DNA of 54,236 nt from NCBI RefSeq assembly GCF_004010195.1, contig NC_057756.1:37553-91788 (forward strand), given 5' to 3'. Every line of letters starts with the position of its first letter. The first letter of the stretch is position 1. Shown piece after piece: positions 24,265 through 35,885 of the stretch. Under the pieces are notes generated by a model. That model did no database searches. It was not told the DNA's origin and saw only the letters and a list, made by a program, of their open reading frames with translations. The translations under genes and the position numbers were made by a program. Source of the DNA: Chiloscyllium plagiosum. Its lineage: Eukaryota.

Positions 24265-26877
24265 GGATACAAAATTAATGACAATCTGAGACTGGTACAG
24301 ATTGAGAAAAGAAGCGAGTCAAACAGTCAGGGCAGGCAGGGACAAAGCAGAGAACAGGGCAGGACTGATAAATTAAATTACATTGATTTCAATGCAAGAG
24401 GCCTAACAGGGAAAGCAGATGAACTCAGGCATGGTTAGGAACATGTTAGCGGGATGTCATTGCAATTACAGAAACATGGCTCAGGGATGGATAGGACTGG
24501 CAGCTTAATGTTCCAGGATGCAAATACTACAGGAAGGATAGAAAGGGAGGCAAGAGAGGAGGGGGAGTGGCGTTTTTGATAAGGTATAGCATTACAGCTG
24601 CGCTGAGGGAGGATATTCCCGGAAATACATCCAGGGAGGTTATCTGGGTGAAACTGATGTGAGAAACAAAGCTCACTCACTTCAATAATTTCAGTCCGAG
24701 ACAAGATCTGAATCAGTAGTGTCCTTTATTTTACCCTTGCAAGAGGGTGCGATGTCCACTGTCTACAAGGCAGGGACACACACACACTGAATTCAACCAA
24801 TACACGCTATTTATGTAATTTGGTTCCTATTTTTTTTAATCCCATTGCTCCTCCCTGTTTACATCTTCCACTTCTCTAAGAGAAGGTGCAAAACTTGACC
24901 TACTCTTGGGAAATAAGGCAGGGCAGGTGACTGAGGTGTCAGTGGGGGAGCACTTTGGGGCCAGCGACCATAATTCTACTAGTTTTGAAATAGTGATGGA
25001 AAAGGATAGACCAGATCTAAAAGTTGAAGTTCTAAATTGGAGAAAGGCCAATTTTGATGATATTAGGCAAGAACTTTCAAAAGCTGATTGGGAGCAGATG
25101 TTCATAGGTAAAGGGACGGCTGGAAAATGGGAAGCCTTCAGAAATGATATAACGAGGGTCCAGAGAAAGTATATTCCTGTCAGGGTGAAAGGGAAGGCTG
25201 GTAGGTATAGGGAATGCTGGATGACTAAAGAAATTGAGGGTTTGGTTAAGAAAAAGAAGGAAGCATATGTCCCCGGTATAGACAGAAGAGATCGAGTGAA
25301 TCCTTAGAAGAGTATAAAGGCAGTAGGAGTATACTTAAGAGGGAAATCAGGAGGGCAAAACAGGGACATGAGATACCTTATGGCAAGAGTTAAGGAGAAT
25401 CCAAAGAGTTTTTATGAATATATTAAGGACAAAAGGGTAACTAGGGAGAAAAAAAGACTCCGCCCAAAGATCAGTAAGGTGGCCTTTGCGTGGAGCTGCA
25501 GGAGATGGGGGAGATACTAAATGAGTACTTTGCATCAGTGTTTACTCTGGAAAAGGACATGGAAGATGTAGACTGTAGGGAATTACATGGTGACATCTTG
25601 CCATATTACAGATGAGGAAGTGTTGGATGTCTTGAAATGCATAAAAATGGATAAATCCTCAGGACCTGATCAGATGTACCCGAGAGCACTGTGGGAAGCT
25701 AGGGTAATGATTGCTGGGCTCCTTGCTGAGATATTTGGATCATCAATAGTCATTGTGAGGTGCCGGAAGACTGATGGTAAGGACAAGCCAGGGAACTCCA
25801 GATCGGTGAGCCTGATGTCAGTGGTGGGCAAGTTGTGGTCAGGATGTACATGTATTTGGAAAGGCGAGCACTGATTAGGGGTAGTCAACATGGCTTTGTG
25901 CATGGGAAATCATCTCACAAACTTGATTGAATTTTTTGAAGAAGTAACAAAGAGGATTGATGAGGGCAGAACGGTAGAGATGGACTTCAATAAGACGTTC
26001 AACAAGGTTCCCCATGGGAGACTGGTTAGCAAGGTTAGGTCTCATGGAATACAGGGAGAACTAGCCATTTGGATACAGAACTGACTCAAAGGTAGAAGAC
26101 AGAGGGTTGTTTTTCAGATTGGAGGCCTGTACCCAGTGGTGTGCTGCAAGGATTGGTGCTGGGTCCACTACTTTTCATCATTTATATAAATAATTTTGAT
26201 GTGAGCACAAGTGGTATAGTTAGTTTGTAGATGACACCAAAATTGGAGGCGTAGTGGACAGTGAAGAAGGCAGATGGAATTTAATTCAGATAAATGCGAG
26301 GTGCTGCATTTTGGGAAAGCAAATCTTAGCAGGACTTATACACTTAATGGTAAGGTCTGAGGGAGTGTTGCTGAACAAAGAGACCTTGGAGTGCAGGTTC
26401 ATAATCCTTGAAAGTAGAATTGCAGGTAGACAGGATAGTGAAGAAGGCGTTTGGTATTTTTTCCTTTATTGGTCAGTGTATTGAGTACAGGAGTTGGGAG
26501 GGGGGTCATGTTTCGGCTGTACAGGCCACTGTTGGAAGATTGCATGCAATTTTGGTCTCCCTCCTATCGGAAAGGTGTTGTGAAACTTGAAATGGTTCAG
26601 AAAAGATTTACAAGGATGTGGCCAGGGTTGGAGGATTTGAGCAACTTTTTCACGCAGATGGTGGTACGTGTTTGGAATGAGCTGCCAGAGGAAGTGGTGA
26701 AGGCTGGTACAGTTACAACATTTAAGAGGCATTTGGATGGATATGTGAATAGGAAGGGTTTGGAGGGATATGGGCCGGGTGCTGGCAGGTGGGACTAGAT
26801 TGGGTTGGGATATCTGATGGACAAGGACCAGTTGAACTGAAGGTTCTGTTTCGGTGCTGTTCATCTCTATGACTCTG
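24265..26877 (+). mobile_element. CR1 LINE, ORF2 with many internal deletions
   Basis: Closely similar to 8670-11256; ORFs 24906-25307, 25890-26084, 26451-26798; tail CTCTATGACTCT. Confidence 0.93.
24657..24875 (-). mobile_element. LTR-like fragment replacing part of the CR1
   Basis: Non-CR1 insert with minus-strand AATAAA (24735-24740); the CR1 segment seen at about 9105-9355 is missing here. Confidence 0.45.
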
Positions 26878-26899
26878 TGACGGAATCGTACCATATAGC

Positions 26900-26992
26900 T
26901 GAAAATGACACAACACCAGGTTATAGAGTTTTTAACTTTGTAGATTTTTAACTTTGTACACCCCAGTCCAACACCGGCATCTCCAAATCATA
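26900..26992. mobile_element. Remnant of a second Penelope-type terminal repeat
   Basis: AACTTTGTACACCCCAGTCCAACACCGGCATCTCCAAATCAT, similar to 49273-49313 next to the Penelope ORF. Confidence 0.5.
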
Positions 26993-27162
26993 TAGCTGAA
27001 GCCTGTCCTGATAAAACTAGACCAAATCTACTTCATCTAAATTATTTAAAGTTATGGCTTTATTTTATTTTTTGTTTTATTTTTATTTCTGTTATGTTTT
27101 ATAAAAATAATCAATGCAACGCGGAATCATATCGTTTGCAAATATTACGGTGGGAAGAGGGT

Positions 27163-27269
27163 AAAAAGAACATTCGGCCGAGGGGGGCTCGAACCCACGA
27201 TCCTGAGTGTCCAAGGGTTAATCTCACACTGCGGCTGCGCGATAAATCCTTCTCCCCTTTGCCGACATG
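27163..27269 (-). ncRNA. tRNA-like / Pol III candidate (B box plus T5 terminator), not a canonical tRNA
   Basis: Minus strand CTCAGGATCGTGGGTTCGAGCCCCCCTCGGCCGAATGTTCTTTTT resembles the 3' half of tRNA-Lys; no clear D arm or A box. Confidence 0.35.
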
Positions 27270-27660
27270 GGATGGGGAGGGGCGAGCGGATGTCAAACAA
27301 TCTGCGGGCCCAGGACCTGGGCGGGAGCATGAGATTGACGGGCTGATTGACAGGCTGGTTGCCTGGCGATGCGCAGCGGGGGCAAGCTCGAGGGGGGAAA
27401 GGGCGGAGCCAGGTTCTCACTGTGATTGACGGGCTGGTTGCCTGGCGATGCGCAGCGGCAACAAGCTCCGGGGTGGAAGGGCGGAGCCAGGTTCCCACTG
27501 TGATTGACAGGCTCGTTGGGAAGGGCGGAGCCCGCGAGACATGGGTGTTTGACGAGGTGACTGACAGGCTGGTTGCCTAGCGACGCGCTGCAGGGGCGGG
27601 CTCCGCATCCAAACTGCTTGCTCTTGAATGGAGTCAGCGCCCACCGATGGAAGCGCCGGT
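27170..27660. promoter_or_regulatory. CpG-island-like promoter with tandem PBX/PREP + RFX + GC-box modules
   Basis: CpG-dense stretch outside coding DNA and repeats. TGA(T/C)TGAC(A/G)G at 27344, 27423, 27501, 27558; GTTGCCT(G/A)GCGA(T/C) at 27358, 27437, 27572; GGGCGG at 27401, 27479, 27523, 27594. Confidence 0.8.
27628..27658 (+). CDS. Candidate first exon segment (MESAPTDGSA), possibly PRR19 exon 1
   Basis: ATG at 27628, donor CCG|GTAATG after 27658 (phase 1), in frame with the phase-1 acceptor at 49607/49608. Linkage is inferred. Confidence 0.4.
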
Positions 27661-30152
27661 AATGTGCACTTTCTTCTCTGTCTGTCTTCTTAATTTTTGC
27701 ATATTAATATCTGCTGTTTGCATAATTTAGAGCGCCTCTTTATTGATTGCAACAGGAGAGACGGGAGGGGAGGGGGAATAAGCTAATGCAGCAAAGCTGG
27801 CACTCTGTTCCTGCAATAGCAGAGATCTGCACCAGTTTTTTGCTGTTTTAAGCCATGCAGGCAAATAACACTCAAATAGAAAATGCACAAAAAAAAATAG
27901 CATTTCCAACAGATTAAAGTAGTGGCAAAAGGTGAAGCCAGCATGTTTTACCTTGGAATGCAAAAATTAAATGTGCAACAAAATGTGACATAAGAAACTG
28001 GATGTATTTATTCCCCAGTTATTGTGTTTTGTAGGTTTTTTTTGAGGGCAGCATTTGTTTGCATAATAAACTTTGTTTTTTTTTACACACTAGTTTTATT
28101 TTAATCAAAAATTTCGAAATTGTTTCGGAAAGGGGGTGCACAATTTGTCCACTTGCAAAGAATTATATTAATTTGGCGCACACAGTTGTAAATATTTTTC
28201 TCCCGAAGGGAAAGAGACGGAAATTAATGTGTTGTTTGTATTAACCCATCCTCCTCTCTTGAAATCAATTAAAAGGTGTGGAATTGGGGTGGCTTGTCTT
28301 GCAGAACAGAAGAAAGGCGGTGGGGGAGGTGGGGAGAGGGTGGTGCTGCTCGGATTGTAAATTCACCGGGGNNNNNNNNNNNNNNNNNNNNNNNNNNNNN
28401 NNNNNNNNNNNNNNNNNNNNNNNNNNNNNNNNNNNNNNNNNNNNNNNNNNNNNNNNNNNNNNNNNNNNNNNNNNNNNNNNNNNNNNNNNNNNNNNNNNNN
28501 NNNNNNNNNNNNNNNNNNNNNNNNNNNNNNNNNNNNNNNNNNNNNNNNNNNNNNNNNNNNNNNNNNNNNNNNNNNNNNNNNNNNNNNNNNNNNNNNNNNN
28601 NNNNNNNNNNNNNNNNNNNNNNNNNNNNNNNNNNNNNNNNNNNNNNNNNNNNNNNNNNNNNNNNNNNNNNNNNNNNNNNNNNNNNNNNNNNNNNNNNNNN
28701 NNNNNNNNNNNNNNNNNNNNNNNNNNNNNNNNNNNNNNNNNNNNNNNNNNNNNNNNNNNNNNNNNNNNNNNNNNNNNNNNNNNNNNNNNNNNNNNNNNNN
28801 NNNNNNNNNNNNNNNNNNNNNNNNNNNNNNNNNNNNNNNNNNNNNNNNNNNNNNNNNNNNNNNNNNNNNNNCACATTGGTCCTTTACCCAGTATATTGAG
28901 TATAAAAGTTGCTGGTTTCTTTGTGAAACAATCAAATAGGTGACTTTTGCTCCCCTCACGTTTGGAGATCTTCCCATTCTTCTCTCTCTGTTTTAATCCT
29001 GCATTATTGATCCTCAATCTTTTTCATTTATATATTCTATTGAGTGCATGTTATCCCATAGTGACTTATTATTGACATGGCACTCAACGGATGTTGCTGC
29101 AGGATATCTTTTTCTTTCCATATTTTCACAAAACCTGAGCAAAAGAACATAGAACACAAAAACGTTAAGAGCGGGAGTTTCTGCTTCTGGGGTACGTTTT
29201 ATCACTCTTCTCATCCTTTCCACTTTCCAAGCCAAAGGGCAGCATTTATTTCCCTTTCTGTCAAAAGAAATTATGCACCCTCCTGCCGTTGGCAACCCAT
29301 TGAGACTTACAAAAGAAGCATCACTTAAGTTTCATGTTCTTGGCATCTCCCAAAGATGAAAATTTCAAAACATAATGCTCCACCTTAAATCTTTTTCAAT
29401 ATTTTGTTTGCTGGAATAATATCTTCCACCTTGGGATTTTGCATAGCCAGACTCCGCTCAAAGCTAAGATTGCTGATGGGAAGTGACCAGTGATTCATTC
29501 TGCCTGATTTCCAATCAAATGTGCTTAAGAACCCTTCGACTTCTAATTCTGAACTCTGCTTTAAGCCCATTTATGTTTTCAACTTCACTGCTCTTACCCT
29601 AAATAAAACAGCTATGTGCGTCGCAAAGATGCCTACAGGCCGTCACTCACAATGCCATTAAAACATGACAGGGTCTGCTTTTCCCTGAAGACAACCCACG
29701 AAGCATCAAACCCACCCAAGGCCTAGTTCTAGTTCTTTGAGACTTTGCAGTGTATGCAGTGTATTCAAATGCTCCAATAACGTCGAACTATGGTGGGGAT
29801 CAGGCTTGGGAGGATGGGCTTTGATCATTTACTGCTGATGGAACTCTAGAATTCCTATCAGAAACTTATCAATCTGGATTGTATTCTCCTGAAACAAATT
29901 CTGAATGTGTACAACCTGTGCTAGTGCAAACAATAATTTACAAGTTGGCTGATAATTTGATAAACCATTTTGTCTATTATTGAATGGTTCATTTCACACC
30001 TGCCATTGCTAAAAGGGCTTTCTGCTATTCATAACTATCATGTTTACATTCACATACACACACACCTCTGAATATTCTTCTTGATCGAACGTTCCCCTGT
30101 CCGCATCGTTGACAGCGAGAAACATTTCCAATGGTCCAAGTCCCGACCCTTT

Positions 30153-30464
30153 GGGTGGCATGGTGGCTCAGTGGTTAGCACTGCTGCCTCATAGCGCCAG
30201 GGACCTGGGTTCGATTCCAGTCTCGGGCAGCCGTCTGTGTGGAGTTTGCACATTCTCCCTGTGCCTGCATGGGTTTCCTCCCGCAGTCCAAAGATGTGCA
30301 GGCTTGGTGAATAGGCCCTGCTAAATTGCCCATAGTGTTCAGGATATGTAGGTTCGGTGCATTAGTTAGGGTGTGAGAATGGGGGGAAGATGGTGTGGGC
30401 TTGTTGGGCTGAAGGACTTGTTGGGCCGAAGGAGCTGTTTCCACACTCCAGAGATTGTATGATT
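30153..30464 (+). mobile_element. HE1 SINE
   Basis: GGGTGGCATGGTGGCTCAGTGGTTAGCACTGCTGCC...GGTTCGATTCC, core and LINE-derived tail. Confidence 0.9.
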
Positions 30465-30659
30465 CCAACCACAGTTCCATTAACTTATCCACAATCTTTT
30501 TCTTACCTTTACTTTGCATTATTGTTGATTGATAAAATCATTTTGCTAAATCTATGGCCATTACTTGCTGAGGGCAGACTTGTTATTGGCCAGGACTCCT
30601 GTAACATTGAATAAAAGGTTTAATCTTTTAGAAGATAGACAAATTGCCTGTGTTATGAA

Positions 30660-30825
30660 TTACAGCATTTAAAATGGATATGGATGGGTATACGAATAGG
30701 AAGCGTTTAAAGGGAGATGGGCTGGGTGCTGGCAAATGGGACTAGATTAGGTTGAGATACCTGGTCAGCATGGACAAGTTGGACCGAAGGGTCTGTTGCC
30801 GTGCTGTCCCTCTCTATGATTCTAA
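30660..30825 (+). mobile_element. CR1 3' tail
   Basis: Similar to 11090-11255. Confidence 0.85.
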
Positions 30826-30907
30826 TACAATTGACTTTCTGTCTTCTAAATTATGGCACCCCTGTTGTCAGAAACACTTCTCTAATTTCTTTACTGGAAG
30901 TGTTGCA

Positions 30908-31200
30908 TTTTTTATTCATTTGTAGGATATCTGCATCGCTGGCTGGGCCCAGCATTTATTGTCCATCTCTAGTTGCCCTTTGACAAGGTGATGGTGAGCT
31001 GTCTTCTTGACCTGCTGCAGTCCCTGTACTGTAGGTAGACCCACAATGCCATTAGGCAGGGAATTCCAGGAGTTTGACCCAGTGGCACTGAAGGCACAGC
31101 ATATTTTTCCAAGTTAGGGAGATGAGTGGCTTGGAGGGGAACTTGAAGATGATGGTGTTCCTATAAATCTCTGTCCTTATCCTTCTAGGTGGAAGGTTAT
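30908..31200 (-). mobile_element. 3' end of a different LINE/SINE family
   Basis: TTTATTCATTTGTAGGATATCTGCATCGCTGGCTGGGCCCAGCATTTATTG; related words at 4445-4490 and 45950-46000. Confidence 0.5.
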
Positions 31201-31924
31201 GGTCCATTAAAGGAACCACAATTGTGAAAATTGCAAATTCGTAAATCTTCTCAGTGCAATATCTGTTGTTTTCCGTATCTGGTTTCATCTATGCTTTCTT
31301 CATCAAGGGTTTTTAGTGGATGCTACATTCTTGCTAATAAAATAATTGATTCTGGCTTTTTTGCAAGGAATAACTTGAATATTCTTTTCAATGATTTTAA
31401 TACATTAACATCCCCAAGCCTAAAACTGGTGGAGCACTCAGATTCCTTAACTTTGTCCCGATCATTTTTACTCTCAAAATCTGGCTAACATTTTAGTCAG
31501 TCTATTCCACACAGTAGAGAAATGCATCTACTGTCTCATACTGGACAATTGAAAGACTCTGCCAACAATACATTCATCACTGGGCTGAAACTTCTTATGA
31601 CCAATCTTTGATCTCCATCTTCTTCCTCCAAATCCTCCATTTCATGTTTCATGGTTTCGAATACTTTATTACAGTGTCCGTGACATAGTGATATTTTAAA
31701 CTGAACTGAAAGATAACTGACTACAGTCTGGGCATTTCTGGGCATTGTTCACTTCATATAAATTGCAAATTCTCTTTCCTTCTCAAAATTATTAATGGCT
31801 TTTCTGTCTGCTTTTTCTATTAGGTTCAATTCTCATTTAATACTGAGGTTTGCAACCTGGAACTAGACAGTATCGCCAATTTGTTAATGTTGTGTCTTCC
31901 ATTTTCTGTTGTAGGCCAATTATA

Positions 31925-32470
31925 AAAGTGTTGTTACAACTATATAAGGCGTTGGTGAGACTACACTTGAAGTATTGTGTCCAGTTCTGGTCTCCTTACT
32001 TGACAAAGTATGTGGTTGTATTGGAGGCAGTTCAGGGGAAGTTCACGAGATTGATTCCAGGGATGAAGGGGCTGTTTTACAAGGAGCTTGGGCTTGTACT
32101 CACTGAAGTTCAGGAGAATGAGGAGGAGATCTGATTGAGGTATATAAATGCTAAAGGGGATTGATAAAGTGGATGTTGACAGATGCTCCCCCTTGTGGGA
32201 CAGTTTCAAACAACAGCACATATACATAGAGTGAGGAGGGTAGGTTTCAAATGGAGTAGAAACTCGAGGGTTGTGGATCTGTGGAACTCACTGGCCCAGG
32301 GTGCAGTGGAGGCAGCATCAATCAACACATTCAAGAAAGGATCAGATATGCTTCTGATGACAAACAGGATAAAGGGCTAAGGGGATCAGGCGGGAAAGTG
32401 GAGGTGTGACAAGGATGAGATCAACTTAAATACCATTACAGGCTCAAAGGGATAAATTGCCTACTCCCAT
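31925..32470 (+). mobile_element. CR1 3' fragment
   Basis: LYKALVRLHLKYCVQFWSP in ORF 31850-32134; RVVDLWNSL in ORF 32183-32380. Confidence 0.85.
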
Positions 32471-32754
32471 TTGTCCTGTCTGATGAAAGGAATTCTATGC
32501 AGGAATTTTTTTTTAGTGCCTCTGACATTTGTTCAAGAACTACATGTTTATCTGTAAGTTTAATGCTTATTAAAAATAGAAATCTGTCCTTGATACTCTG
32601 GTACTGTCTAATAGCTCAAATAGAGATTGGCATATGGTTAGAGATCAAACCATCCTCTTCTACCAACATTACAGTGTAACTCCAACAGAGATCATACCTA
32701 ACACATTTATGTGAGATCTCTGTTTCAATTAGACACACTTCGTAAAACAGCTCT

Positions 32755-32887
32755 ATTCCTGATGAAGGGCTTTTACCCGAAACGTTGATTTTCCTGATCC
32801 TCAGATGCTGCCTGAATTGCTGTGCTTTTCCAGCACCACTCTAATCTAGAATCTGGTTTCCAGCATCTGCACTCATTGTTTTTACCT
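32755..32887 (+). mobile_element. Penelope-derived short repeat with hammerhead-like motif
   Basis: CTGATGAAGGGCTTTTACCCGAAACGTTGATT starting at 32759. Confidence 0.7.
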
Positions 32888-33029
32888 ATACGCCATAAAA
32901 CAATCAGCCCACTGAATACAGCTCCCCATATTTATCATTCTAGCCAAGTTATCCTTCATTAATATATCTGTCACCAGTTCCTTCATTCTACTTGGTCTCA
33001 AGCATCCCTCCAGACCATACTAAATGATG

Positions 33030-35885
33030 CTTCAGATCATTCGGAAGGCTGAGGGGGTGATAGAGAGGGGTTTGTAGGGAGACAGTCACACCAGAGTTAC
33101 AGGATAAAAGTAACTGCGTGACCATCAGGAGGGAGAAAGGGAATAGGCAGACAATGCAGGGATCCCCTGTGGCTGTTCCCCTCAATAATAAGTATACAGG
33201 TTTGGATACTGTTGGGGGTGGGGGAAGTGGTGGGGAACCGTACAAGGGGAAAGCTACAGCAGCTAGATCTCGGACACTGAGCCTGGCTCTGTGGCTCAGA
33301 AGGAAAGGAGGGAGAATAGGAGAACGATAGTGTTGGAGATTCAATATTTAGAGGAACAGGCAGGAGATTCTGTGGTCGCAAACGAGACTCCCGGGTGGTA
33401 TGTTACCTCCTGGATGCCAGGGTCAGGGATGTCTCAGATCGAGTCTACAGGATTCTTAAGGGGGAGGGAGAGCAGTCACATGTTGTGATACACATCGGGA
33501 CCAATGACATGGGTAGGGAAAGGGAGGAGGACCTGCAAAGTGAATATAGGGAGTTAGGTTGGAAGCGAAAAGGCAGGACGAGCAGTGTAGTAATGTCAGG
33601 AATGCTACCAGTGCCACAGGCTAGTGAGGCTGGGAACAGAGAGCGAGTGTAGTTGAACACGTAACTGCAGAGCGAGTGTAGGAGGGAGGGCTTCAGATAT
33701 ATGGATCACTAGGATACCTTCTGGGGAAGGTGGGACCTGTACAAGGAGGATGGGTTGTACCTAAACTGGAGGGGCCCCAATATCCTGGGCAGGAGGTTTG
33801 CTAGAGCTCTTTAGGAGGGTTTAAACTAGTAAGGGGGATGGGAACTGGAGATACGGATCAAAGGGTGGGGTAGCTGGAGAACAGGCAGATACAGTGCGCA
33901 GAGAGTCTGTGAGGATGGATAGACAGTTGATAGGACAAATTTGCAGTCAGTGTGATGGGTTGAAGGGTGTCTATTTTAATGCAAGAAGTGTCAGGAATAA
34001 GGGTAATGAACTTGGAGCATGGATCAGTACTTGGATAGTGGTGATGTTGTGACCATTACAGAGACTTGGGAATCATAGGGGCAGGAATAGGTGTTGGATG
34101 TTCTGGGGTTTGGATATTTCAAAAGAAATAAAGAGGGAGGTAAAGAGGTGGGGGCGTCCTAATCACGGATAGTATCAGAAAGGGAGATCGTCAAGGAGGG
34201 TTTGTGTACTCAGCATGGGTGGAAGTCAGAAGCAGGAAAGAAGCAGTCACCATTTTGGGAGTTTTCTATATATACCTCAATAGCAACAGAGACATAGAGG
34301 AGCAGAATGGGAGACAGGTTTTGAAAAGGTGCAGAAGTGACAGAGTTGTTGTCATGGGTGACTTCAACTCACCTAATATTGATTGGAACCCCCTTAGGGC
34401 AAATAGTTTGGATGGAGCAGATTTTGTCAGGTCTGTGCAGGGTGGATTCCTGACTCAATATGTGGATAGACTGACTAGAGGGGAGACCATATTGGGGTTG
34501 GTGCTTAGCAACAAACCAGGCCAAGTGTCAGATCTCTCGGTGGGAGGGCATTTCAGTGATAGTGATCACTGGAGACGGATAGGAGCAGATGGTATGGGAA
34601 AGTATTTAATTGGGAGGGGGAATTTACAATGCTTTTGGGCAAGAACCATGGAGCATAAATTGGGAGCAGATATTGCTGACAGTGCTGGACAGGTTTGTCC
34701 CACTGAGGCAACGAAGGGAAGGTGGGTGAAGGAACCTTGGGTGACCAGGGATGTGGAACATCTTGTCAAGAGGAAGAAGGAAGCTTACTTAAGGTTGAGG
34801 AAGCAAGGATCAGACAGGGCTCCAGAGGGTTACAAGGTAGCCAGGAATAGCCTTAGGAGAGCTGGAAGGGGGCATGAAAAAGCCTTGGGGGGTAGGATTA
34901 AGGAAAACCCCAAGGCGTTCTACACTTACATGAGGAACAAGAGGATGGCCAGAGTGAGGGTCAAGCTGATCAGGAACAGTGGAGGGAACTTGTGCCTGGA
35001 GTCGGAGAAGGTAGGGGAGGTCCTTAATGAATACTTTGCTTCAGTATTCACTAGTGAGAGGGACCTTGTCGTTTTGCCTTTGGTGATGATCTTTGCGTCC
35101 TCACTGGAGTAGTACCAGACGATTGTAGGGTGGCAAATGTTATTCCCTTGTTCAAGAAAAGGAATAGGGATAACCCTGGGAGTTACAGACCAGTCAGTCT
35201 TACATTCTGAGATGTATAGTTTATGATTATTTGGAAAAGCATTGTTTGACTAGAGATAGTTGGCATGCCTTTGTAAGGGGCAGGTGATGCCTCATAAACC
35301 TTAATGAATTGTTTGAGGATGTGACAAAACACATTGATGAAGGTAGAGCAGTGGATATGGTGTACATGAATTTTAGCCAGGCGTTTGATTAGGTTCTGCA
35401 AGGTAGGCTCATCCTGAATGTAAGGAGGCATGGATTCAGGGAAATCTGGCTGTCTGGATACTGAATTGGCTGGCCCATAGAAGGCAGAGGGAGGTAGTAG
35501 ATGGAAAGTATTCAGCCTGGAGCTTAGTGACCAGTGGTGTTCCACAGGGATCTATTCTGGGACCCCTACTCTTTGCGATTTTTATAAATGACTTGGATAA
35601 GGAAGTGGAAGGGTGGGTTAGTAAGTTTGCTGATGATAGAAAGGTTGGTGGAGTTGTGGATAGTGTGGAGGGCTGTTGTAGGTTGCAACGAGCTATTGAC
35701 AGGATGCAGAGCTGGGCTGAGAAGTGACAGATGGAATTCAACCTCGAAAAGTGTGAAGTGGTTCATTTCAGAAGGTTGAATTTGAATGCAGATTACAGGG
35801 TTAAAGAAAGGATTCTTGGCAGTGTGGAGGGACAGAGGGATCTCGGGTTGCACCTCCATAGATCCCTCAGAGTTGCCACCCAAGT
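33030..35885 (+). mobile_element. Decayed CR1 LINE including ORF1 (SGNH-esterase-like) and ORF2
   Basis: VVIHIGTND in ORF 33395-33652, DGLYLNW near 33750; VVMGDFNSPNIDW in ORF 34204-35112; [10 protein letters not shown] and FADD in ORF 35527-35727. Confidence 0.9.

Noticed and set aside
1..27160. PAFAH1B3 exons on the minus strand, expected from the human head-to-head arrangement
   Set aside because: No recognisable PAFAH1B3 peptide found by eye or in the ORF track; short exons could have been missed.
27163..27269. Functional canonical tRNA gene
   Set aside because: No D arm, no 7-bp acceptor stem and no 7-nt anticodon loop; kept only as a tRNA-like candidate.
28265..29017. Five ORFs of 201-250 aa
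   Set aside because: Artefacts of the 500-N gap.
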